From Orbicella franksi (Eukaryota), in the NCBI GenBank assembly GCA_964199315.1, contig OZ116701.1, forward strand, positions 13,640,001 through 13,704,000: a stretch of 64,000 nt of DNA. Reading direction: 5' to 3'. Positions within the stretch are counted from its first letter, which is position 1, and each line of letters starts with the position of its first letter. The notes below the pieces were generated by a model. The model had not been told where the DNA came from. It did no database searches and was given only the letters and a program-made list of their open reading frames with translations. The position numbers were made by a program, and so were the translations under genes. This document shows, piece after piece, positions 49,301 through 60,779 of the stretch.

Positions 49301-52300
49301 ACAACACTTGAAGCTAACCAAGTGGGTGTGGCCTGCTGTACATCAGGTCTGGTTGATTTTTTTTATTTTCGTACTATGATTATTATTATTATTGTTACAG
49401 TAGAATCCTGGTAATCCAGTTAATAATGGGCCATGAAATCATGGTGGAGTAACAGTCTGAACGTATCAGTCATTCACATACAAGATTTTGTTGGTGATGT
49501 TTATGTATTGAAGGCCAGTGTTTTTTACTTTATTTTGTACCAGTTGAGAACATTAATAGTGACTGTGCAATGATTCAACTCCAAATGACTTGTAGGTTGT
49601 GGAGAGCATTTGATTAAGACCATGCTGGCAAACGAATGTGCAACGTTGGCTTTAACGAAGTAAGCAGATCATTGTTTCTTTTATTTTCATAAGGCGACTT
49701 GTTATATGCAAACTTCTCTGTATTACCATGGAAGGCTGCTTACCACACCACTGTGGACAGCTTCTTTTGTGTTAAGTATTTCTAGCCAATCAGAAAAGGC
49801 TCTCCAGTTTTTTTAGCCAATCAGAACCATAGGAATAAACTAGTGTGCGTTTTCCCGCGCTTGGCGCTAGTGAAATGTTGTTGCCTCATACTCTGACTGG
49901 TCTATTCCGAGTGTAAGGTTATTTGTGTCACGTCCTACACAGACATTCTTATTGCCCATCAGGCAGTCCTCTCCATCATGGGGTAGAAAGATTGCGTGAC
50001 AAGCTGAAAGGGAGAAATCAGAAATCGTGGCGATTTTCCGTTCCCGCAGACAAAGCACTGCTCTCCAGAGTTAGATTCCCCCAGTTGTCAGTCCAAGAGT
50101 ACGTTCAGTCAAAACTTTACCGTGTTTCCAGGAAACACCTATCGTCACAACTGTTTGTCGAATTAGTTGTTTTCCAGTAATTCATTTGTTATCCCGTACG
50201 ACGTAAAGTAAAACATAGAGATAGCTGAAAAAGGGTAACTGATCAGATAGGATATTTTCCTTTTGCTTGGTCTTATCGCAAGTAGCCTGGATCTAGATGC
50301 TGCATTGCTAAACAATAACACCTGACGTTGTCGAATATTAGTTCGCTTGTTGAAAGTCTATATAAGTCTCATTGTCAACTTTATAGGAAAGCTGACAACA
50401 CATTTACTGCATGAATGGAACCTTTTACAACTCAGATTATTATCTAAAAGTGCCAAAAATAAACAGGTATTTGAACAAATTCCTATTTTTAAAAAACCTT
50501 TGCCGTCAGATTAGAAGCTTCAGTTTTACTGGCAGGTGAGCTAAGAGCGCACACTTCGAACCAAACAGTAAAGCGGAAAAATATGCTCATAAGACAGACA
50601 GGTCCTACAGTAAACCACAATTTGGTAACACTTCTCCTAATAAATGGCGAACCTATCGCTGTTAAATGTTTTATTTCTTTATTTCTTTATTTTTTTTTTG
50701 TGCCTTGCTTGGAAAGTAGCGTAGGCCAACTGACATAGAGCTGAAGTTAAAGAGGTTTCCAATGACATCTAATCCAATTTCGCCCGTCTCTGGAGGTGTG
50801 TTAAAATCGAATACTTCAGCAACGGAAAAACAATTTGCGCGTTGTTAGTTTTGCAAATTTGTTATGTGTAACAAGTGCTTTCTCATGCTAGCTTTGCTGA
50901 GTAAAAAGAAAATTAATTGCATTTCTTTATACTCTCTAGAGTATGCTGTACTTTTGGAATTGAACCAAATGACTAGCTTATGTAGTAGAGAATAAAGGCT
51001 TCAGTTTTGAGTTAGCGGAAGACCTCAGGCAAATTGTTTATAGACTCGAAGACATAAGTTCCCACATTTTCTCACAATGATCGTATGGAATGTTGTTGTA
51101 CAACTGAGAGGTTTGTAATCTGTAGAGTCGCAACCTCTATGGCTAGGTTCTTTTTTTCTCGCAACCTGTCGCAAATTGACAAAATTTCAATAGAGTTAAG
51201 GACTATACCACTTTCATTTGTGTTTCCGTCTCCAGGGATGCAGTCAGTGCTGTTCAACAGGGACTTGGTGACAGATTTTTAGGTAAGAGCTTAGCATGTG
51301 TCTACTATATCTCGAAACAAATTCTGATTGGTATGGGAAGTGGGATTTAACCCCACAAATACGACCACTGGCGGCCAATAAAAACCATGTTCACATTGAC
51401 ATTAATTTGCCCGCATAGTGTATTAGCTAAACACACGGGATTAAACGATGATATTGGCATATTCCTTTGAAAAAGAGTGGATGAAGAGTAAGAGGGTTAA
51501 TCGTCATGTAGGCGTTGTTGGGAAGGTAATCCCTCACAAGTTATTTTTAGACACTCGAGCGTTGCTTGTATGTTTTCGCGGAGAAGCCACTTGGACTATC
51601 CAGGTGAGTAAAATCTGCATGACCGGGATAGCGTTTTCTACTCCCTCTTGGGACTTCCTTAACCGACAGTGATCAAAAAAACACTTGAGAGGGATTTCCT
51701 TTGGTATAAGACCATTATGAGAGATTAAGGGTGCTTACCATATGTCAGAATACACCTGTTGAGATGACTTTTCAGCAATGGTGGGGTTTTTCCAAAATCA
51801 ACAACCCAACCGAATAAGATGGTGCTTACCACTTACAATTCGAATTACCGTAATTGTTTTTGGTTGATGAGAGACTGGAAACTGGAAATTTAGCAAATTC
51901 GTAAGGAAATTTCCGCCCTTCCGTTCCGGACGGGAAAAGAATGTCAACCTCTGGAGGTAGTCTATAATTTTCGAAGGGATTTTCTGGAAAATGACTATTC
52001 CATTTGACCTTCAACCAAAATTTCCGGATTTTTTGCCAAGTGGTAAGAACCCTTACTCTCTTGCCCTTCATCCTCTTTCACTTTGAATAATTTCACGACA
52101 GGTGTAACTTAGTTCTGAATTCCTGACGACTTTTTTTCATAGTGCAGTGAACGCAACTGACACTTTCCTGGCTTTTTCTCAGGTTCAACTTTCCTTTCAT
52201 CAGTGGAAAAGAAATTAGGAGGGGTGTTGCTGCTACGAGTGGAGGGAGGGGCTGAGGGTGCGAATGGTAGGTTTTCAAAACGTTGAAATGTTAGTGTTGC

Positions 52301-54012
52301 AGTTTGCCGTTATGACATGGTTGATGACGTGTTTTTCAGTTTGTGCAATCATAGTTAATAGAGGGGAATGGTTATGAGACCCGGCAAACATCAAAGGAGC
52401 AAACAAAGATGCCAAGATTTATGTTGGAAGGTCCACGACTGTGCACAATCTTTTGTTCTGTGTTCATACACTATGCATGATTTACGTAATCAAAACGTTT
52501 CTATTGGTTAGTTCCTCGGTCAGTAGTAAACAACTATTGTGTTTTGTGCACGGTCAAGGCCAAAAAAGAGAACAAAAACTTTATTAACTATGGTGCAATA
52601 TAGAAAGAAAGAGTGTATCAATTTAGAATATTGAAAGGCTGAGTAACCTATGATTAGGCGAATTTTCTCCCCTCTTATATCACGGCATTTTAGTAAATAA
52701 AACTGCGGAAATAAACTCTCCTGATCACAGGTTAATATATTGAAGTCTTGTGAAGTTTCGAGCCTGTACAGATTCACCCGTGTTCCTGGATATTTTATTT
52801 TGTCCTTAAAATTTAACTTACTCAGTTATGTAAATGTAGGTCGATTCCAGTTTGGGAACAAGACTTATTGCAACTTCTTCCCATCTTTGCTCGATTGTAC
52901 ATGTTATTTCCTCACGGTGTAAAGATTGCTTGGCTGAGAACAGGAATTTGGTTACCAAACGTTTTTGTTTTACTGTAGACTGTACTGTTGATCTGGTCTG
53001 GGGTCACACCACACAGAGCATGTGCATTGGCTACATGGCAGAACAAGATGAAAAACCAAAGGTAAAAAATGAAACTTTATTCATTTCACCTGCCCTCTGC
53101 TCCTCGAAGACACAAATTAAAGAGTTAATGGGACTCACGGACATCAACTGAAAGTCAAACGTTGTCTTCGTTGGCGCGTTATATCGACTATGAAACAAAA
53201 AACCCGGTACTGACCGTGGTTCACAATAATAGGTTCTCAGAGCGGTTTTCGATCGAGTATCGTAAAACCAACAAGTAAATGTTAAAAGTATTGTTAAAAA
53301 GACGCCTAATGGCGGTATAAATCAACCGACGTTTCGGCATTACTGCCTTCTTCAGGGTGTTTAAGCTGCCACAGCTTTAACACCCTGAAGAACGCAGTAA
53401 TGCCGAAACGTCGGTTGATTTATACCGCCATTAAGCGTCTTTAACATTTATATTACTTGTAGTTTAAAAGACGCTACGCAGTTTCTTCAATACTATCGTA
53501 AAACCAAAACTAAACCAATTACTTGCCAGTTAGACTACTCAGCCAATCTTCAACCGTAGTAAAACGAAAACCTAAGTAATTGCCTGATTACTTTCGACAC
53601 TCAATAGAAAACCGCTCTGAGATTTCCCGAAGTCACAACAGTTTCACTTTTATGAACACAAAGAAGCTCTGTTATTTAACTGATGGGTCCGATTCTGAAG
53701 CTGAGCTCCAAGAAATGTGATAGTCCAGCCGAACGACACAGTTTTCGTAGGTGCGAAACTAATATTTGGTTTCATTTGGATTTGACCCTACGTTGAAGCT
53801 CATCTAGTCACAAAATGACAGTCACATTTGTTTGATCCATATGGACCACCAAGCGCTTAGTTTTAAGAGTATATTTAGTGGATAGCTGAGCGCTCCGTCT
53901 AACAATTACATGTCCTTTCTTTGTATTGAAGGTGCGGTTGTCTCGCACAGAGAAAGGACAGCAAGATCCACTGTTAGTTGAGGGCACGGTCTACAGGTTA
54001 CCTCATCGATGA
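39954..54012 (+). CDS. TASP1: Threonine aspartase 1 (taspase 1), 14 coding exons, 1164 nt, 387 aa
   Basis: Exons: 39954-40035, 41546-41613, 42463-42531, 44191-44311, 44506-44590, 45246-45325, 46321-46430, 47911-48024, 49271-49346, 49596-49659, 51236-51282, 52183-52266, 52979-53061, 53932-54012. All introns GT-AG with compatible phases. Motifs [21 protein letters not shown]...[14 protein letters not shown] autocleavage site, SSGG...[37 protein letters not shown]. Confidence 0.96.
42736..43195 (+). repeat. ~200-bp direct duplication (period ~249 bp) in TASP1 intron 3
   Basis: 42736-42934 and 42985-43195 are near-identical. Confidence 0.95.
43259..43302. repeat. (GTT)n microsatellite
   Basis: Read directly from sequence. 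Confidence 0.95.
43428..43728 (+). mobile_element. tRNA-headed SINE with CORE-like body (older copy)
   Basis: TGTGTTCTTGAGCAAGACACTTTAC...ATCCAGGTG...AATGGTACC...GTAGAAATACTCCTAGTC; same family as 47325-47616. Confidence 0.8.
46581..46763. repeat. Imperfect inverted repeat (~60-bp arms), MITE-like
   Basis: AAATAAACCCCTT...GATAATGTCCGTGGCTGAGAGATTGTC pairs with GACAATCTCTCAGCCAAGGACATTATC...AAGGGGTTTATTT. Confidence 0.75.
47325..47616 (-). mobile_element. tRNA-headed SINE with CORE-like body and 11-bp TSD
   Basis: TSD ATTTAAGCTGT at 47312-47322 and 47618-47628. tRNA-like head and CTTGGGCAAGACACTTTAC core on the - strand. Confidence 0.88.
47911..48024 (+). CDS. TASP1: TASP1 exon 8 carrying the Asp/Thr autoprocessing site and nucleophile
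   Basis: [38 protein letters not shown] matches the Ntn-hydrolase/type-2 asparaginase DTVG motif. Confidence 0.95.
49122..49208. mobile_element. Short palindromic MITE
   Basis: CAACCTCGTTCCCAG ... CTGGGAACGAAGTTG termini. Confidence 0.7.
51729..52052. mobile_element. PIF/Harbinger-type MITE
   Basis: TAA|GGGTGCTTACCA ... TGGTAAGAACCC|TTA: GGG termini with TWA flanks. Confidence 0.75.
53239..53618. mobile_element. MITE interrupted by a palindromic insertion
   Basis: TIRs AGAGCGGTTTTC and GAAAACCGCTCT. Internal insertion is flanked by a 14-bp TSD TATCGTAAAACCAA (53258-53271 and 53494-53507). Confidence 0.8.
53298..53442. ncRNA. Inverted pair of minimal type-I hammerhead ribozyme motifs (Penelope-like element terminal fragment)
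   Basis: 71-bp arms around a 3-nt loop. Each strand reads CCCTGAAGAA-(G/C)GCAGTAATGCC-GAAACGTC: CUGANGA core, stem II, GAAA, palindromic ACGU, GUC site. Confidence 0.65.
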
Positions 54013-54607
54013 CGTTTGTGTTTCTAATCAAATGAAATTAGAAGTCGGGACATCTGATTGTTCATCTACGAATGTTCTTTTATAAAGCACTTTGTTGCAA
54101 AGTAACATCGATCAAGAACGCCAAGTCGCTGGTGTTAAGCTTTCGCTCATTTTCCCCGTTTTCAAAGCCAAGCAAACTCGAACGTGTAACGCAACTCGTA
54201 ATCGCCTTTCCGACCACTGGTCACGGGGTCTGGGTACGAGATTAAAACAAGCTCTCAAGGTTCGCTTGTTTCGTAAAGCTTACTCGGTAAGAACGAAGAC
54301 AAGATTAGAAACAAAGGAGAATATTGGAAATTCGTTCTTTGGAGAGTTATTCTAAATCTAGGTAGAATACTCAATTTTATGTACAGCATAATATCTGATA
54401 TCAGGTGGTACAAATTGTAATTAGAGGTGTGAATTTTGACCATCAAATCGAAGTGAGTGGTTTTCTTGTCATGTCTATTTTATCACGCCATATTATTTTC
54501 GGCATGCGAATGGAAGTTTCAATTTTAATGCCGACTGCAAACAAACGACAGGAAAATAGTGAATATTTTCTATCCCAACAGATGAATTGTCTTAACTGGC
54601 CTCCAGT

Positions 54608-54639
<32 letters not shown>

Positions 54640-55376
54640 TTCATACGAGTAGTATGAGAGGCATCATATGAGGAATTACAATATAGCTGGTGGATGCCGA
54701 TTTGTGTTTTTTCCAGCGAAAACACCACCTCTTGTTAGTTGTGAACATTCTCTCTTCCTCGCCCTATATACTAAACCAAACAGAAAATGGTGTTTCCATG
54801 TTTTCTAAGAACATAATACATATTTGAGGTCTTGAAAAACTGCTAGACGAACCCTTGTTCCCCTTGTGCGTCCACTAACAGTTGTTATAGACCTTAAACG
54901 CGTATTATTCCTTAGGCAACACGGAACACCATCTATTATTTGGTGAGGATAATCTGATCATTTCCTTGACTCCTGTTACCCTTACGCTCACTAATTCAAT
55001 ATAAGAATAACAAGGTTATATCCTTCAAAACGTGGGAGCAGAAAAATAAGACGAAAATACGTACCCCTGGGCGGGATATTGTTTTTGAAAGAAAAAACGT
55101 GTAGTGGACTCAAGTCGAAATCAACTTCCCTTTCAATAACAGGCTTGTATCACGAGGGTCCCTCGGTGACCTACGACTACCACCATATAAAAATATACAA
55201 TGTTAGCAAATGGAAAGCAAACTGAGGAGCATTTTTCGTTAGATATCGTCGTTGAAGAGAGGTGGCTGTCAGTGGAGGTTCAACTGAGTTTGTATTGAAG
55301 GCCAGTGCCACTGTTTGCTAGTTTCATCTTAATTTTGCAGCGGTTCAGAGTATTATAGTGACTGCATGTTCACCTC

Positions 55377-58102
55377 TACCTCGATTAGGATCACTACCTT
55401 GTTCGTGGTGGGGTGGCTTGTGTGTTCCAATGACTCCTAGAGCTACGTGGGCGGGGGTCTTGTACTCCTGGTAGGGTCACCCATGCCGAACAGGTCGAAG
55501 GGCAGGAGCCAGACGAAGAGTGATCCCCTGGTCCTCCAGGTTGGGGGTTGGGCTGAGGGTTGATAACCCTCTCCCGTAAAAAAAAAAAAAAACTTAAAAA
55601 CATATCACAGAAACCAGAAGGAGAGAGAATTTACTGCAACATCAAGGAGACGCTGTGGCCGTACTTCGTGAGAGGAAACCAATGACGCACGGGGACCAGA
55701 CCCAACAGGACGTCCCCGGGCCGGCTAGCCCACTACACCCTTCAAGCTGAAAGTTTGCAACTGGAATGATCGAACGCTTTACGGAAGTGGCAACATCGCA
55801 CAGGCAGCAAGAGAGATGAAGAGGAAATGTATTTACATCGTGGGCATCAGCGAAACTTACTAGACGGGGCAAGGAGAAGTGCAACTTGCAGAAGGAGAAA
55901 CCAAAGTTTACTCTGAAAGAGATGTTGACAACCCAGACAGACAGGGAGTAAGTATATTGATGTCAAAAAGTGCTGTTGGAGCTCTGATGGAGAACACCCT
56001 ATCAGAGAAAGAATAACTCAAGCCACATACTATTCCAGATATATAAAGCTTACAGTCATCATGTATACGCACCTACAGACAATGCAGATGAACAAGCAAA
56101 GGAAGAATTATACGCAAGATTGAGATTTTTTAGATGGTGGAAATAATCATTATGTGATTATAGTTACTGAGAAAGACTTTGTGAAATGTGTGATATGAAT
56201 GAGCTAGTTATTAGAGGAACCCTGTTCCCGCACAAGACCATCCACAAAACAACATGGGTGTCGCCTGATGGACAGACCAGGAATCAGCTCGACCATGTCA
56301 TCATCAACAAGCGATTTAGGAATTCAGTATTAACACAAGAGTCTACGGGTCTGTAGATATTGGAAGTGATCATTATCTTGTGGGTACGACGATCAAACTA
56401 AGGTTGAGGAAGTCACCGAAAGAAAAGGTCGAATGTAGAGTGAAGTATAAGACGACTAAGTTGGAAAATGAGCAGGTACTAAAGACTTTTAACAAACCTT
56501 ACGTAATGGGTATCAGGCCCTAGAGAATTAAGAACCAGAAGTTGAAGAGGGAGTAGAGAGAGACTTTCGCTGATGAAGAAGGCATATATAGAAACAGCAG
56601 AAACAGTGTTGGGTAGGCCTTAAAAAAAAAGGATAATCCACGGATCAGCAAAGCAAAGCAAAGCAAAGCAAAGTAAAGTAAAGTGAAACTTTATTTAAAC
56701 TGACAGGGTAGCCTGTTCAGCTCAAAGGCTTTTATTCATAGGGGCCCTGTATAAATAACATTAGGTTAAAAATACAAATTTATGCACACATTAAAACTTT
56801 ATAACTGTACGTTAAAAACTAAAACTACATTAAAAAATCTAATTACAATACTATAATACTAAGAGAAACCACTAAGAACTATTACGATAATAAAAACCGC
56901 AAACTTAAAAACGGCAAAGCCCCTGGGATTGATTCTATCACAGCTGAGTTATTGAGAGCAAATACATTGATTGATGATAAAGATATGGAACCATGAAAGG
57001 GTCCCTGAAGCGTGGAAGCAGGTACTTATTGTTAAACTGGGAAAGAAAGGTCATCTAAGGGAATGCAAGAACTCAAGAGGATTAACGTTGCTTTCTGTAG
57101 TAGAGAAGATACTAGGCAGGAATGTTATAGATCGAATAAGGGGAGAAGTTGATCGACGATTAAGAAAGGAACAAGCCGGTTATAGAGAGGGCAGGGGAAC
57201 AACGGACCAGGTTTTCATTCTACAAAATATCATCGAGTAGACAAAAGAGTGGCAAGCTACGCTATATTTGAACTTTATGGCTTTTGAGAAGGTCTTTGAT
57301 TCGATCCACAGCGAAAGTTTATGGGAGATCATGGGGAGGTATGACATTCCGGAGAAAATAGTGAAAATGGTCAAAGTGTTTTACGATGGCTTTAGGTGAG
57401 CTGTGGTGGAAAAGGGGGAGATATGTGAAGGGTTCGACATTCGACCCACAACTGAGTAAAGCAAGGGTGCAATATGTCTGGATTCTTGTTCTTGATCATA
57501 ATGGATTGGGTGACGAGAAGAACAGCTGGAAATGGCGCGAATGGCATTAGATGGAGGTTTACATCCAAACTTGATGACTTAGATTTCGCAGATGATATAG
57601 CTATAATTTCCTCTACCAAAAAGTAGATTCAAGAAAAAAACAACGAAGCTAGAAGAGGAAAGCAGTCGAATGGGGCTCGACGTCAATACAGTTAAGACAA
57701 AAGTGATGAGGATCAATGCAAGAAACCGAGATAAGATTGTAATCAATTAAATGGTTATCGAGGGCGCTGATGACTTTGTATACTTAGGAACGAACGTTTG
57801 TTAAAAAAGAGGTGGCATGAAAGACCTTAAGAACCTACTGTCCAAAGCAACACGTGCGTTTCTCAGACTGAAGAACATATGGAGTTCCAATAGCATCTCA
57901 AGGGTAAGAAAGTTGAGACTGTATAAGACACTGGTGCTGCCGGTACTGCTATACGAAAGCGAGACGTGGAAAATGAACAAGGGAGATGAAAGAGCTCGCG
58001 GGAGGAAACGAGAACGATCGCAGCAGACCGAGAAAAGTGGAGAACCTTTGTAAAGGCCCTATGTACCACGAAGTACGAGGAGGACAGGTGAAGGTGAAAG
58101 TG
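55377..58102 (+). mobile_element. Near full-length RTE LINE, degenerate
   Basis: RTE-type 5' UTR. APE motifs (WN.RTL, GISET, NQLDHV, SDH) and RT motifs (KAPGIDSITAELL, QAGYREGRGTTDQVF, DLDFADD). GGTGA tail. Probable TSD TGTTCACCTC/TGTTCGACTC. Confidence 0.92.
56645..56920 (-). mobile_element. 3' tail of another LINE inserted in the RTE
   Basis: (CAAAG)n(TAAAG)n microsatellite tail plus AT-rich UTR-like sequence interrupting the RTE coding region. Confidence 0.6.
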
Positions 58103-58126
58103 TGTTCGACTCCAAATGACTTGAAG

Positions 58127-58177
58127 GTTGTGGAGAGCAATTGATTACGACTATTTGCAACTTTGGCTTTAACAAGA
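58127..58177 (+). pseudogene. TASP1: Degenerate duplicate of TASP1 exon 10
   Basis: ACTCCAAATGACTTGAAG|GTTGTGGAGAGCAATTGATTACGAC...TGCAACTTTGGCTTTAAC matches 49578-49659, with a ~13-nt deletion and a damaged donor site. Confidence 0.9.
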
Positions 58178-59269
58178 TAAGTAAATTACTATTTCTTTCA
58201 TTTTCTAACGAGAGAAAAAACGAGGAAAGACTGAGGCGAAGAAGCGCGAAACTTCTGGCCTCAGTCTCCCCGTTTTTTTTTCTCTCTCTCTCGCCTGCCT
58301 ATTTTTTCGCTCGTCCCCAACTACCGAGAGCCAGTAACAGACTACTCTCATCTGTGTAATTTCAGTGATGAACCTTACCTCGAGTACGGTTTGTTTTGGA
58401 AAGTTCATGTACAGCGAGCAGATTTTACTTCACTGTTGCCATGGTTTTAGTTCTTGACTCAACATCGAACGTGTTAATATAAAACCAAAGACTTCGCGCG
58501 GCAAAAGTTCCACGTGTCTCGATCAAAAACATTCAAGTTATAAAAAATGTCACCTGTCGGCCAACTTGGGTCTGTACAGAGAAATACCATACCCCAGCTT
58601 TTCAGTACAGTTCGTCGCCGTTACGGACCTTCCAGTCCACAAATAACGTGTATATACCGCTCTGTTGTTGTGTTTTTGGTTTTTGTTTTGTTCTTATCAT
58701 TGTCAGATCGTTTTTCAGAATAGCGTCTTAAGAATTATACACGTGATTGTGAGTCTGAAAAGCTGAAGCCAATTAACTAAAAACTGCATCGGCAATTTCA
58801 GGCGAATTTAGACATTTCTTGTTTTTACAATCAATTAATGACTTTGCGACACCTACCATTTTGGGTTTAACTTGTTCAGTATTATATGTTTTTTTTCTCA
58901 TTAAAGCTATCTGCTCGTTAAAATATTGTGACGTCCCCGAAACATGAACCCGCCGCGAGAATGCTGAAGACAAGCTTGTTGAAGCCGAACGTTACGTTGG
59001 TTACTTTATTCGACATTTTAGCCCTCGGAAAAAAGTGCTCCTTTTGGTATTTATTTCGGTATCTCTAGCGGTTAGTAACTTTCCCTCAGGCTGTCAAGTC
59101 TGTTCAAACCTGAGCGACAACACTGGACATAATTCCTGTACTCCTGAGTTAAAAATTCTTTCACATTGCTTTATTGCTTATTGCATGAATTAAACTTCGG
59201 GTCTCTTGGGTAATATACTTTTCTGAGACGGATTCGAGTTGAATTTTCCAAATAAATAGACGATTGGCC

Positions 59270-59715
59270 TGCGGCATATGTTTTCAGCAGATCGTTTGAC
59301 ACACGTCAAAACAAAAAAAGACAGTTCTGAAGGAGTATTAACGGACTAGACCTATTTGAATATTTTACGTTAGCATGTGATTTTCGACCTTCAAGAGCCA
59401 ATCATCGCCATAAACTTAAACCATTGCCCGCAAAGCTAAATATTAAGTATTCTTTCTTTGAAAATATAGTTAATGACTGGAATAATTTACCTAAAGACGT
59501 TGCGGAGGCAGAAAGTCTAAACATTTTCAAGAACAGGCTCAGATGCTATTTTACTAACGTTTTAGGGCATTTTTTAACTTTTTATTGTGAATTTTATTCA
59601 GATCTAAATTTGCGTTTTTAATTATTTTGGGAGTCAGACTCGAAGGGGATAACCTCTTTTGTCTCCTTTTACCTTTCATTCCATATGAATGTAAATTTGA
59701 ATTTGAATTGTGAAT
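59270..59715 (+). mobile_element. CR1/L2-type LINE 3' end
   Basis: HKLKPLPAKLNIKYSFFENIVNDWNNLPKDVAEAESLNIFKNRL is the typical CR1/L2 ORF2 C-terminus. Short (TTTGAA)n tail follows. Confidence 0.8.
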
Positions 59716-59849
59716 AAACAGTAATATACATAATATTATTCACATTCACGAAGGCGCCATGTCCATTTAGAGCATATGTATGTAGCCTGAGTGTCGATCT
59801 TGGGGGAAACATCTGTCATTAAAACTGCAGGTACCCATATCGTAGAATA

Positions 59850-60779
59850 ATGGCGAGAGCAAACTTTACTGGAAGTGAGAAACACTCTCAAACTATTGAA
59901 CTACTGGGATGTTCGACTAACTTTGCTGATGGCTCATTCATATATTTTACAGCATTCAACATTTTTCTATCCATTACTGCATTCGTTGGGAATACTCTGA
60001 TCCTAGTCGCCCTTCAAAAGGACTCTTCGCTTCATCCGCCGTCCAAACTCTTGCTTCGCTGTCTGGCAACAACTGATCTCTGTGTTGGTCTTATTACAGA
60101 ACCTCTCTATGTTACCTATTTGATTTCCTTGGTTTACGAAGAATGGAATCCACTTTGCCGCTATGTATTAGTCTCATCTAATATAGCAGGCTATAGTTTA
60201 TCCGCAGTGTCTTTGTTGACAGTTACTGCAGTTAGCGTGGACAGACTTCTCGCCCTGTTGCTGGGCCTGAGGTACAGACAAAAGGTAACTTCGAAGAGAA
60301 CATCCGTCATTGTTGTTATCTTTTGGGTTGTCTCCCTTGCTGCTGCTACATCGTACATCATAAATCCTGTTATAAACTTTTGGTTGGTCGTTATAGCTAT
60401 ATTGCTTTGTGTAGCAGCCTCGTTCGTCTCCTACACAAAGATTTTCCTTGTACTCCGTCAACACCAAACTCGAGTGCAAGACCCACAACAACCCAGCCAA
60501 GCAATTTCACTGAATATAGCGCGATACAAGAAGGCAGTGTCCAGTGCACTATGGGTGCAGTTAGCATTATTTGCTTGTTATCTACCATATGGTATAGTAA
60601 GAGCTACGATTGATAATGGTAAGCTATCGCCATCCAGTTTTCTCGCTTGGGAACTTGCAAAGACTTTGGTTTACCTTAACTCGTCGTTAAACCCGTTTCT
60701 TTACTACTGGAAGGTTGGTGGAGTAAAACAAGCAATAAAGGAGACAATCAGACAAGCAGTTTGCTGTTTGTCGAATTAG
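59850..60779 (+). CDS. Intronless rhodopsin-family (class A) GPCR, 309 aa, melanocortin/adenosine-receptor-like cnidarian expansion type
   Basis: Seven hydrophobic segments, GN in TM1, LATTD in TM2, DRL (DRY variant), W in TM4, CYLP in TM6, NSSLNPFLY in TM7, N-glycosylation site NFT. ORF is intact. Confidence 0.95.
   Translation: MARANFTGSEKHSQTIELLGCSTNFADGSFIYFTAFNIFLSITAFVGNTLILVALQKDSSLHPPSKLLLRCLATTDLCVGLITEPLYVTYLISLVYEEWNPLCRYVLVSSNIAGYSLSAVSLLTVTAVSVDRLLALLLGLRYRQKVTSKRTSVIVVIFWVVSLAAATSYIINPVINFWLVVIAILLCVAASFVSYTKIFLVLRQHQTRVQDPQQPSQAISLNIARYKKAVSSALWVQLALFACYLPYGIVRATIDNGKLSPSSFLAWELAKTLVYLNSSLNPFLYYWKVGGVKQAIKETIRQAVCCLSN

Noticed and set aside
58127-58177. Alternative 3' exon or second functional TASP1 gene
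   Set aside because: Frameshifting deletion, damaged donor site, downstream exons missing, and it lies beyond the TASP1 stop codon.
60198-60613. Antisense and alternate-frame ORFs within the GPCR, and similar ones within the transposases
   Set aside because: Short shadows of real coding sequence with no independent motifs.
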